From: Vulcanimicrobiales bacterium
GTDB taxonomy: Bacteria; Vulcanimicrobiota; Vulcanimicrobiia; Vulcanimicrobiales; Vulcanimicrobiaceae
Assembly: GCA_038231455.1 (NCBI GenBank)
Contig: JBBRLI010000009.1
Coordinates: forward strand, 1 to 64,000
Direction: 5' to 3'
Length of the DNA: 64,000 bases
In this document: one piece after another, positions 27,294 through 36,270 of the stretch
How positions within the stretch are numbered: the stretch's first letter is position 1
Layout: every line of letters starts with the position of its first letter
Notes under the pieces: generated by a model
The model's database searches: none
Told to the model about the DNA's origin: nothing
What the model saw: only the letters and a program-made list of their open reading frames with translations
Made by a program: the position numbers and the translations under genes

Positions 27294-29311
27294 CGATTCA
27301 TCTCCGGAGCGAAGTGACGATTCAGACCCGCGTGGTGTCGTCCGAAGGGGGCGAGCTCCGATGCGAGCGGATCGAGCGGACCCGAATAGGACGTCACGGT
27401 GGCGCGTGGGAGGCGTGCCGTGCTTCCGGTGCTCAGGCCGGTCACATAAGAGACGAAATGATTCTTTCCGATCGACCCGTAGGCCAAGAGATCGTTTACG
27501 GTCGGGGTCGATTCGGAGTACAACAGGCCGTATGCATTGATCAGCGATGTATAGTTCATGTCGCCGATGGCACAAATCCGTCCCAGGCTCGGCGTGAGGT
27601 AGAGCGTGTTGGTATAGCTAGTGACCTCGCCGAATGACGGAAACCACGAAGTCGATGTATCGGTGAGGGCGATCAGCGGGCTTGCGACAATGGTCGCCGG
27701 AACGGCGCATTCAGCCGGTAACGATACGTTCTTGGTTGAAACGACGACCGTCTCCGCGAGCGTTTTCTGCGGCGTGCCATTCGGATACACGCTTGTTACG
27801 GGAAGCGAGTAGGTATTCGTTGTGGGAGAACCGCCATTCGAGACGGTTGTTATCGAGACGGCAATGCTGCCGCCGCTCGGCGCCCCGACATTGACGGTTG
27901 CCGACGAGTAGGTAGGCATCCCTTGCGTTCCACTTGATTGGAAAAAAGAACCGCTTCCATCGGCACGCTCCGTCTCAACGGTCATTCCATACGTGTTCGT
28001 CGAGGTTGCCTTGTAATTTCCGGCACGATCGGTCGTCGAGACGTACGTACTCGTTGTTGATGAACTTGGCGTTCCCGATGCGGTGGGAACGGGGCTAAAG
28101 ATCGTCGTCGTCGTGTTGTCGCTGGTCTGGTCGGGTGTCGTGCTCGCCCCGTCGACAAAAGGCAGGCTCGCGACGGCGAAGTTTCGATGGGAAAGGCCGG
28201 TCGAGGAGACGGTGCCGCCCGGTGAGGCGGATGACAATACGGAGGTGCCGCCGACGAGTGTATACGCTTTCGCGGAATTGTTGGAAATGAGTCCGTAGTA
28301 ACTGTCGGCGGCGTACGTCGTTTGATTGGTCGTCCCGATCGTATAGGTTTGACGCTCGTCGAAAAGGTTAGCAAGCCCGTTGAACGTGGCCGGGGAGCTG
28401 ACCGTCGTTGCATACGTACTGGAATACGTGTAAGGCGTCGACGCCGGCGCGGGCGACGATGATGGCGCGGGTGAGGGCGTATTGATGTACGTAGACGACG
28501 AGGTGTTGGTTGATTTATAGGTATACGAAACACTGCTTGGAAAATAGTTCAGCGTAACAGCGGTCGCGGGAGTAAGCGCCGTCGCGGGGATGCCGTTCGC
28601 GCTTGGAGCGATCGTCGCGGGTGTTGTCACCGCGCCGCCGTTATAGGTTAGCGTGATGACGTCGGTGGGGCCGTTGACGGTCGTCGCAGACAATTTGTAC
28701 GTGCCGGTGGTGTCGGAGTTCGTCAAGGTGATCGGCGACGTGTAATTTCCGGGTGCGATGATCGTGTTGCCGTCGGGATCTTTTGCCGCGACGACGACGG
28801 AGGCGCTTCCGGAGGAACCGGCCACAAACGAATTCGAAAGCGTTACGGTAACGGAGTTCACGACCCCATCGAGCGTGACGGCTACGGTGAACGGCGAACC
28901 CGCGAGGACCGCTGCGGTCGCCGTACCGCCGCCGAGCAGTTTTCCGGTGGCGCCTGGAGCGTCGTAGAGCGAAAAGACGAACGTCGCGTTCCCCGGTAGC
29001 GCGCTCAGCGGCACCGAGCACGAGCGCCCTCCATTTGCCGCGCTGCAATTTGGGGAAGTCGCCGAGATGTCCGCGACGGTCGGCGTTCCTCCGTTGGTCG
29101 CGATCGAGACCGATACGGCCGACGCGGAAACGAAGTTGGCGTTCCGGCTCGACGGCGAGCGGCCCGCGGGAACGAAGATTGTCGCGATGCCGGCATTCGA
29201 CGGCTGCTGCCGCGGAGGAGGCGGAGCGGTCGACGATCCGCCTCCGCCTGAGCATGCCGCAATCGCGAGTGTCGCGATCGTTGCCAAGATTGGAAAGCGA
29301 AGACGGACCAT
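27290..29311 (-). CDS. Large Ser/Thr-rich lipoprotein, hypothetical
   Basis: Lipobox LAIAAC; beta-rich low-complexity sequence; AKDPDGNTII motif. Confidence 0.75.
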   Translation of the reverse strand: MVRLRFPILATIATLAIAACSGGGGSSTAPPPPRQQPSNAGIATIFVPAGRSPSSRNANFVSASAVSVSIATNGGTPTVADISATSPNCSAANGGRSCSVPLSALPGNATFVFSLYDAPGATGKLLGGGTATAAVLAGSPFTVAVTLDGVVNSVTVTLSNSFVAGSSGSASVVVAAKDPDGNTIIAPGNYTSPITLTNSDTTGTYKLSATTVNGPTDVITLTYNGGAVTTPATIAPSANGIPATALTPATAVTLNYFPSSVSYTYKSTNTSSSTYINTPSPAPSSSPAPASTPYTYSSTYATTVSSPATFNGLANLFDERQTYTIGTTNQTTYAADSYYGLISNNSAKAYTLVGGTSVLSSASPGGTVSSTGLSHRNFAVASLPFVDGASTTPDQTSDNTTTTIFSPVPTASGTPSSSTTSTYVSTTDRAGNYKATSTNTYGMTVETERADGSGSFFQSSGTQGMPTYSSATVNVGAPSGGSIAVSITTVSNGGSPTTNTYSLPVTSVYPNGTPQKTLAETVVVSTKNVSLPAECAVPATIVASPLIALTDTSTSWFPSFGEVTSYTNTLYLTPSLGRICAIGDMNYTSLINAYGLLYSESTPTVNDLLAYGSIGKNHFVSYVTGLSTGSTARLPRATVTSYSGPLDPLASELAPFGRHHAGLNRHFAPEMNR

Positions 29312-29468
29312 AGATCTCCCAAAAACAGTAGCAACCTCAGAAACGACAAACCACGCCCAGTCGAACGCTCTGTTGCTTGGAATCGGTTTGACGATCTGTG
29401 CAAGCGAGCCTTTTACAGCCCCGTTAATCTCGCCGGAGGTTCCGGCCCGGTGGCGTATCGCTAGCGTT

Positions 29469-30572
29469 ATGGTGAAAGCGGCAACGCGGACGCGGCACTT
29501 TCGGGCGCCGGGGCGCGTGACGCTGATGGGTGACCATACCGACTATAATGATGGCTTTGCGCTTGCCATCGGCATCGATCGTGACGCGACGGTCGCCATG
29601 CGGCCGCGCTCCGACCGGCTCGTGACGGCAACGGGTGCAGACTTCGTGCGAGAAATCGATCTCGATGCGGAGCCGAATCCGCTTGCGGATCACGCCGATA
29701 TCGAGGGGATCGCACGTATCCTCGATAGCCGCAAGCCGCTGCGCGGCGCCGATCTTACGATCGAGACGACGATCGCCTCGCACGCCGGACTCGGTTCGTC
29801 AGCCGCAATCGAGATGGCATGTGCTCTTGCCCTTGCGGCAGCAGCGGACATCGAACTCTCGAAATGGGAAGCCGCTCACGTGGGTCAACGCGCCAATCAC
29901 GCGTATGCGGGGTTTCGCAGCGGTATCACCGACCATCTCATCTGTATGGCGGCCGTCGAACGGCATGCGGTGCTCGTCGATGCCCGGCTGTTTGAATTCG
30001 AGCCCATCCGTTGGCAGCTGGGCGATGCGGCCGTCGTTGTGTTCGACGGCGCGCTCAAAGCGGTTGATGCGACGCACGCGACGGCAAACGACCGTCGCAG
30101 AGAGTGCGAGGATGCCGTGCTGATCCTGCGTCGCGAATTGCCGGGCCTCGTTTCGCTGCGCGATCTTGACGGCCTTACGTTTGCGCGCGTTGGAATTATT
30201 TTGCCCGACGTCCTGCGTCGCCGCGTGCGCTACATCCTCGGTGAAAACGTCCGCGTGCGCGAGGCCGCCGATGCTCTCCGCGCGAGCGAACCGGCGCGCA
30301 TCGGAACGCTGATGGCGGAGTCGCACCGCTCGCTGCGCGACGATTACGAGATCGGTACGCCCGAGATCGATGCGCTCGTCGGACGCGCGCTCGAACTCGA
30401 CGGCGTGTATGGAGCGCGGATGGCCGGTGCGAGCATTTTGGTCGCCTTGATCCGCGAACGAAGCGTCGCGCGCGTCGCAAAGCAGCTGGGCGATGCGTAC
30501 AAGCGGCTCTCGGGGCGGACGCTCGTAACGTATCGTGTCGCGGCGGGCGCCGGAGCAAGCGAAGTGCAGTAA
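29469..30572 (+). CDS. Galactokinase-like GHMP kinase (divergent)
   Basis: APGRVTLMGDHTDYNDG, AGLGSSAA, SHRSLRDDYE, GVYGARM; several canonical residues altered. Confidence 0.8.
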   Translation: MVKAATRTRHFRAPGRVTLMGDHTDYNDGFALAIGIDRDATVAMRPRSDRLVTATGADFVREIDLDAEPNPLADHADIEGIARILDSRKPLRGADLTIETTIASHAGLGSSAAIEMACALALAAAADIELSKWEAAHVGQRANHAYAGFRSGITDHLICMAAVERHAVLVDARLFEFEPIRWQLGDAAVVVFDGALKAVDATHATANDRRRECEDAVLILRRELPGLVSLRDLDGLTFARVGIILPDVLRRRVRYILGENVRVREAADALRASEPARIGTLMAESHRSLRDDYEIGTPEIDALVGRALELDGVYGARMAGASILVALIRERSVARVAKQLGDAYKRLSGRTLVTYRVAAGAGASEVQ

Positions 30573-30604
30573 AGCCTTTGCGCGGACGCGAATCGCGTTC
30601 GGCT

Positions 30605-33265
30605 ATGCGATTTTTGGCCGTTCTCGTCTCATCCGCGCTTTTGCTTGGCATCGCGCCGACCGCAAAAGATTCCGACGGCGCGTTGAAGGCGACGCTTGCA
30701 AACGGACTCCGGGTCGTCATCGTACGCGACGCAATTGCGCCGGCGGTTTCCACTGAAGTGACGTATCTTGTCGGTTCGCGCGATGACGATCCGCACTATC
30801 CGGGGCTCGCGCATGCCCAAGAACACATGATGTACCGCGGCACGCACGACCTCTCGACCGATCAGTTGAGCACGATTGCAACGGCCCTCGGCGGCAGCTT
30901 CAATGCATTCACCCGGCCAACGGTCACCTCGTACCAGTTTACCGTTCCCGCATCCACCCTCGATGCCGTTCTCCGCATCGAATCCGACCGCATGGGCGGC
31001 GTGCTCGACGCGCAGGATCAATGGGCGGACGAACGCGGTGCGATCGAACAGGAAGTCTCGAGCGATGAGAACACGCCCGGCGCAGATTTCTTCCGCGCCG
31101 CGCAAGAACGCGCGTTTGCGGGCACGGCGTACGCGCACGACGGTGTCGGCACGAAGGCGTCCTTCGATAAACTCACCGGCCCCGAACTCAAATCGTTTCA
31201 CGATCGCTGGTACGCGCCGAACAACGCGGTGCTCGTGATTGTCGGCGACATCGATCCGCAGGCAACGCTGGCTGAAGTCAAAGCGCGGTTCGAGGCGATC
31301 CCGCGCAAAAACATCCCGGAGCACCCAAAAGCCGTCTTCGAAAAGGCGCACCGCATCGAACTGCGCCGCGCGACCTCGCTGACCTATCCGCTTGCAGCGG
31401 TCGGCTACCGTCTGCCGGGCGTGCGCGATCCGGACTTTATTTCATCGTTCGTGCTGCAAGCCGTGATCAATAGCGAACGCGGCGATTTGCGCGCACTTGC
31501 CGCAAGCGGTGAGGCGATCTTCAGCGGCTTCCAATCTATGCCGCTCTTACCCGACGCCCAACTCGTCTTTGCCGTCGCGGCACTTGGACCGGGTAACGAT
31601 CCCGACCGCGCCGTGCAGCGACTCGAATCCGTCCTTGCCAACTACGCCGCGCACGGCGTGCCGCGCGAACTTTTCGAAACGACGAAACGCCGTGTGATCG
31701 CCGATCAAGAACTGAGCCGGAACTCGATCACGGAACTAGCCTCGGACTGGTCGGACGTTATCGCGGTCGACAACGAAACCTCGATTCAACACGAGCAAGA
31801 ACGCTTGCGCGGCGTCACCCTCGGCGACGTCAACCGCGTCGCGAAGAAATACTTCGTCCCGGCACACGCAATCATCGGCGCTCTTCGTCCGTCCCTTGGT
31901 GGCTCGTCGCAGCCGCCGTCGACCGGCGATCAAGGTAAAGAAGCACCGCTGCCGCAGCGTCCGCCGACGACCGCGCTCCCGAGTTGGGCGCAGCCGCTGA
32001 TCTCGAACATCAGCGCGCCGCCACCTGCGGTTCCGCCGACGGACGTCCGGCTAGCGAATGGCTTGCGTTTGATCGTACGTCCGACCAACGTGGCGCACAC
32101 GGTGTTCGTCTTTGGTGGCGTGCAGACCAATCCGGGGCTTGAAGAGGCGGAGGGCAAAGAGGGAGTTGCAAGCGTGCTCGAGGCTCTCTTCGGATACGGC
32201 AGTGCCGAACACGATCGCACGTCCTATCAGCGATTGCTCGATGACATCGGTGCAAGCGAAACGGGCGGCGCATCGTTTGCGATCGAGTCCACCTCGACGA
32301 CGTTCGATACGGCGGTTAACCTGCTCGCCGAGAACGAACTGCATCCGCGCTTCGATGAGAAATCGTTTGCAATCGCACGCGATCTGACCGCGCAACAAAT
32401 CCAGTCGGCGCAGAACGGCTCGCATGTCGTCGGCGAACGCAAGTTGCGCGAAAAGCTCTTGCCGGCGAGTGACCCGGAGCTGCGCGATCCCTCACCGCGC
32501 CTCATCGAGCGCTTATCGCTTGCCGATGCTCGCGAGTACTATGCGAAAGCCTTCCGCCCGGACCTCACGACGATCGTCGTCGCCGGGGACATTACGCCGG
32601 AGCGCGCGCGCGCGGCGGTCGAGCGCGCTTTTGGCAAGTGGAGTGCAAACGGCCCGGTGCCCACCCTCGTTCCACCGCCGGTGCCACTCAATAGCGCCGC
32701 GAGCGTCGGCGTACAGCCGCCTTCGCTACGCCAAGACTTCGTAACGCTCTCCCAATTGCTCGGCGTGACACGCAGCGATCCGCGCTACTACGCGCTGGAT
32801 CTGGGGAATACCATCTTCGGCGGCGGCGTCGGCGGACCGCAGCAGAGTCGCCTCTTCCGCGACCTGCGTCAGCAGACGGGCCTCGTGTACTTCGTGAACT
32901 CCGCGCTCAGCGTCGGCAAGACACGCGCGCGGATGGAGATCAGCTTTGCTTGCGCTCCGGAGAATCTGGCGCGCGCGGAGTCAATCGTGCAAAACGACAT
33001 CAAGTCGCTTGCGACCGATCCCGTCAGTCCGTTCGAACTCTCGCTTGCCAAAGCGTCGGTCGTTCGTCGCAACATCGTCGATGGCGGCGGCGTGAGCGCG
33101 ATCGCGCAAGCGTACTTGCGGCGAGCGCAGGGGGGACGCGCGCTTGATGAAGATCGCGCAGCGGCTGAAGGCTACCTTGCGACCACGCCGGCGTCGCTCC
33201 GCGAAGCATTCGCGGCATTCGTCCGACCGGGCGCCTTTATTCGTCTGGTCGAGGGGCCGCAATAA
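30605..33265 (+). CDS. Secreted M16 family zinc peptidase (two-module)
   Basis: TLANGLRV, GLAHAQEHMMYRG (HxxEH), FNAFT, WYAPNNA; second module RLANGL...SRLFRDLR. Confidence 0.9.
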   Translation: MRFLAVLVSSALLLGIAPTAKDSDGALKATLANGLRVVIVRDAIAPAVSTEVTYLVGSRDDDPHYPGLAHAQEHMMYRGTHDLSTDQLSTIATALGGSFNAFTRPTVTSYQFTVPASTLDAVLRIESDRMGGVLDAQDQWADERGAIEQEVSSDENTPGADFFRAAQERAFAGTAYAHDGVGTKASFDKLTGPELKSFHDRWYAPNNAVLVIVGDIDPQATLAEVKARFEAIPRKNIPEHPKAVFEKAHRIELRRATSLTYPLAAVGYRLPGVRDPDFISSFVLQAVINSERGDLRALAASGEAIFSGFQSMPLLPDAQLVFAVAALGPGNDPDRAVQRLESVLANYAAHGVPRELFETTKRRVIADQELSRNSITELASDWSDVIAVDNETSIQHEQERLRGVTLGDVNRVAKKYFVPAHAIIGALRPSLGGSSQPPSTGDQGKEAPLPQRPPTTALPSWAQPLISNISAPPPAVPPTDVRLANGLRLIVRPTNVAHTVFVFGGVQTNPGLEEAEGKEGVASVLEALFGYGSAEHDRTSYQRLLDDIGASETGGASFAIESTSTTFDTAVNLLAENELHPRFDEKSFAIARDLTAQQIQSAQNGSHVVGERKLREKLLPASDPELRDPSPRLIERLSLADAREYYAKAFRPDLTTIVVAGDITPERARAAVERAFGKWSANGPVPTLVPPPVPLNSAASVGVQPPSLRQDFVTLSQLLGVTRSDPRYYALDLGNTIFGGGVGGPQQSRLFRDLRQQTGLVYFVNSALSVGKTRARMEISFACAPENLARAESIVQNDIKSLATDPVSPFELSLAKASVVRRNIVDGGGVSAIAQAYLRRAQGGRALDEDRAAAEGYLATTPASLREAFAAFVRPGAFIRLVEGPQ

Positions 33266-33274
33266 TCGGTTCGG

Positions 33275-34048
33275 TTACAAGTCGTAGGTAATCGTCAGCG
33301 GTGCGTGATCGGAAAAGCGCTCGTCGCGCTCGATATGCGTGTCGCGGACCGTCGGCGCAAGGTCCGGCGTAACGAGCTGGTAGTCGATTCGCCAGCCGAG
33401 GTTCCGCTCGTAGGCCTGCGGCCAGTTTGACCACCAGGTAAACTGCTTGGGTTCGCTATTAACGACGCGAAAGGCATCGACCCAACCCAGGCGGTCGGTC
33501 ACTTGGTCGAACCATGCGCGCTCGTCGGGGAGAAATCCGGTCGTACGTATGCTGGATTTTGGATCGAATACGTCGATCTCGCGGTGCGCGATGTTGAAAT
33601 CGCCGCAAAGAATAATGGGACGGCCTTCGGCCCGCATCGCGCTCAAGTTGGTGAGAAAGCGTTCGAGAAATCCATACTTCACCGCTTGGCGCGCGGGGCC
33701 GGTCGTCCCCGATGGCACGTAGAGCGACGCGACGCTGAACGTTTCGAAATCGAAGCGAATGAAGCGACCTTCGGCGTCCATATCGTCCATACCGAGGCCG
33801 CGCACGATCGCGACGGGCTTGTGGCGCGCGTAGATTGCGACGCCGCTATAGCCTTTTTTCTGTGCGTCGACAAATCCGTAATACGGGTAGCGGTCGAGGT
33901 CGATTGCCTCAGGCGGGACCTGATGCTCTTGCGCCTTCGTCTCTTGCATGCAGACGATGTCGGGCGCGCGATCGGCTAGGTAGGTGAAGAAACCCTTGCG
34001 GGCGGCAGCTCGGATCCCGTTGGCATTGAACGACATGACGGAGAGCAT
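33275..34048 (-). CDS. xth: Exodeoxyribonuclease III
   Basis: NANGIRA, QETK, GYSGVA, EGR, YVPSG, GDFNIAH, WRIDY, SDHAP. Confidence 0.95.
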   Translation of the reverse strand: MLSVMSFNANGIRAAARKGFFTYLADRAPDIVCMQETKAQEHQVPPEAIDLDRYPYYGFVDAQKKGYSGVAIYARHKPVAIVRGLGMDDMDAEGRFIRFDFETFSVASLYVPSGTTGPARQAVKYGFLERFLTNLSAMRAEGRPIILCGDFNIAHREIDVFDPKSSIRTTGFLPDERAWFDQVTDRLGWVDAFRVVNSEPKQFTWWSNWPQAYERNLGWRIDYQLVTPDLAPTVRDTHIERDERFSDHAPLTITYDL

Positions 34049-34096
34049 CGATCGGCCATTCTCGCCCGGACCGACACAAGCCCGGGGACGTGAATC

Positions 34097-34252
34097 TTAG
34101 GCCGCGACGCGGATCAGCGTGAAATCGGCGGCGTCCAGATCGATTTCCGAGCGAAACGTGCAGTCCGCACACGGTACGTTCGGGCCGAGGCGGGCATCGA
34201 GGGGTTCGTTATGGGTCGCGCGGCAATCCGGACAGAGCAGTTCGTCTTTCAT
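34097..34252 (-). CDS. Small double-CxxC (zinc-ribbon-like) protein, 51 aa
   Basis: Below the ORF-track cutoff: MKDELLCPDCRATHNEPLDARLGPNVPCADCTFRSEIDLDAADFTLIRVAA. Confidence 0.65.
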   Translation of the reverse strand: MKDELLCPDCRATHNEPLDARLGPNVPCADCTFRSEIDLDAADFTLIRVAA

Positions 34253-34356
34253 GCTCGGATCGTACGAGGCCGAAGTGACAGATGGGTGGCACTTTTGTCT
34301 CGTGCATTATCTCTCACTACCGGGGATTTCTCGAAGAAACTGCCGATAAGACGTTT

Positions 34357-36267
34357 GTGATCAATCCCTTACTCGCGCAATCGGAGACTTCGCCGATTCA
34401 ACGCGTCTTGGAGATCACGCGCGACATTCTTCAAGAGACCGAACTCGCTCCGGCTCTGGAGTCGATTGCGCGCGGTGTTCGCGACCTCTACGGCTTTGGC
34501 TACGTCACGATCGTGGCCGCGGATGCGACGGGCGGGGACCACTCGCGGCGCGTCCTCCTTGGCTATTCGCCCGAACTCATCGCCGAGCGCCAGCACGAAA
34601 TCGTGCGCCGCGCCGATATTCTCGACGTGCTCGACCCCTCGTTTCAGGTTCATCCGGACTGCTACTATATTCCAACAGAGCGGGCATTCGGGTGGGAGCG
34701 CGCCATCTTTACCGGCGATTTGCCGATGGACGCGACACGGGAGGCGCCGAACCGATGGCACGAAAACGACGCGCTAGTTTTCGTGCTACCCGACCGCAGC
34801 GGCGAGATGCTGGGTTACATCTCGGTCGACGGTCCGCTCGACGGCAATGTCCCAAGTGACGAGACCATGCGATCGGTCCAACTGTTCGTCAACCTCCTGG
34901 GCCTCGCACTTGCCAACGCGCGGGCGCATGCCGCCGAGATCGAACGCGGACGAATCCTCGAGGCAAGTCAGGCAAAGCTGCGTTACGAGGCAACGCACGA
35001 CGCCCTCACACGGCTCCCCAATCGAACCTATTTTGGCGCGCTGCTCGAAGAGACGCTACGCACGCGCGGGAGAGACGTCAGCTCGGCCGTGTTCTTCGTC
35101 GATCTCGACGAGTTCAAGTCGGTCAACGATAGCTTAGGGCACGCCGCGGGCGACGCGCTCCTCGTGACGATCGCCCAACGGCTCCGCGCGACGGTGAGCG
35201 ATCTTGATGTCGTCGCGCGCTTCGGCGGCGATGAGTTCGCGATTCTGGCGCGCGATCGTGCCGGCTCCGATGAAATCGAAGCACTCGCCGAAGCCGTGCA
35301 CGCGGCACTCCTGGACCCGCTCGATATCGACGGGCGCATTGTCTACACGACGGCTTCCATCGGCATCGCGGTCGTCGGGGACACGTACCGCGAGATGGAA
35401 GCCGTCCTGCGTGACGCCGACACCGCGATGTATCATGCCAAAGCGCAGGGCCGCGCACGGCACGCGTTCTTCGATTCGCAGATGCACACACGCGCCGCAC
35501 GGCGCCTTGGCCTGGTCAGCGATCTGCGCGCGGCGATCGACGAGGAGGCATTCGACGTGGACTTCCAACCGATCGTCGCACTCGCAAGCGGGAAGATCGT
35601 CGGACTCGAAGCGCTGGTGCGGTGGCCCGGATACAACGACGGAGCCGGACTCGCACCGCTCGAGTTTATCCCGGTTGCAGAAGAGGTGGGACTCGTCTCG
35701 AAAATCGGGCGTTTCGTGCTCGCGCGCAGTTGTGAGGCGCTCGCGCAGTGGCAACGGATCGTTCCGGGTCTGGGACTGAGTGTGAATCTTGCCGTGCAAG
35801 AAATCTTGCAGCCGGATATCGATGCGTATGTGCTCGACTTATTGCGACGATTCGATCTGCGGCCGCACGAACTAACGCTCGAAATCACCGAAACGGCGAT
35901 CATGCGTAGCGGTTCACTTGCCACGAACGCCCTCGAGCGTTTACGCGCCACCGGTGTTCGGCTCTGCATCGACGATTTTGGTACCGGCTATTCCTCACTG
36001 CGCTATCTGCAACAATTCACCGTCAACGCGATTAAGATCGATCGCTCGTTTGTGGCCGGAGCAAACGACGAACTCGCAAGCGAGCCGATCGTACGCATGC
36101 TCGTCGAACTCGCCGCATCGTATGGCGCCTCATGTGTGGCCGAGGGCGTTGAAACGCCGGGCCAATCGAACGCGCTTCGGAGTTTGCGCTGCACCTTCGG
36201 GCAAGGGTTTTTCTTTCATCGGCCACTGCATCGCGACGCGGTCGCAGCGGTGCTCGGGGGACACTAG
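34357..36267 (+). CDS. GAF-like/GGDEF/EAL diguanylate cyclase-phosphodiesterase
   Basis: HDALTRLPNR, FKSVNDSLGH, RFGGDEF, LEALVRW, EITE, DDFGTGYSS, KIDRSF, AEGVET. Start uncertain. Confidence 0.93.
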   Translation: MINPLLAQSETSPIQRVLEITRDILQETELAPALESIARGVRDLYGFGYVTIVAADATGGDHSRRVLLGYSPELIAERQHEIVRRADILDVLDPSFQVHPDCYYIPTERAFGWERAIFTGDLPMDATREAPNRWHENDALVFVLPDRSGEMLGYISVDGPLDGNVPSDETMRSVQLFVNLLGLALANARAHAAEIERGRILEASQAKLRYEATHDALTRLPNRTYFGALLEETLRTRGRDVSSAVFFVDLDEFKSVNDSLGHAAGDALLVTIAQRLRATVSDLDVVARFGGDEFAILARDRAGSDEIEALAEAVHAALLDPLDIDGRIVYTTASIGIAVVGDTYREMEAVLRDADTAMYHAKAQGRARHAFFDSQMHTRAARRLGLVSDLRAAIDEEAFDVDFQPIVALASGKIVGLEALVRWPGYNDGAGLAPLEFIPVAEEVGLVSKIGRFVLARSCEALAQWQRIVPGLGLSVNLAVQEILQPDIDAYVLDLLRRFDLRPHELTLEITETAIMRSGSLATNALERLRATGVRLCIDDFGTGYSSLRYLQQFTVNAIKIDRSFVAGANDELASEPIVRMLVELAASYGASCVAEGVETPGQSNALRSLRCTFGQGFFFHRPLHRDAVAAVLGGH

Positions 36268-36270
36268 GAG

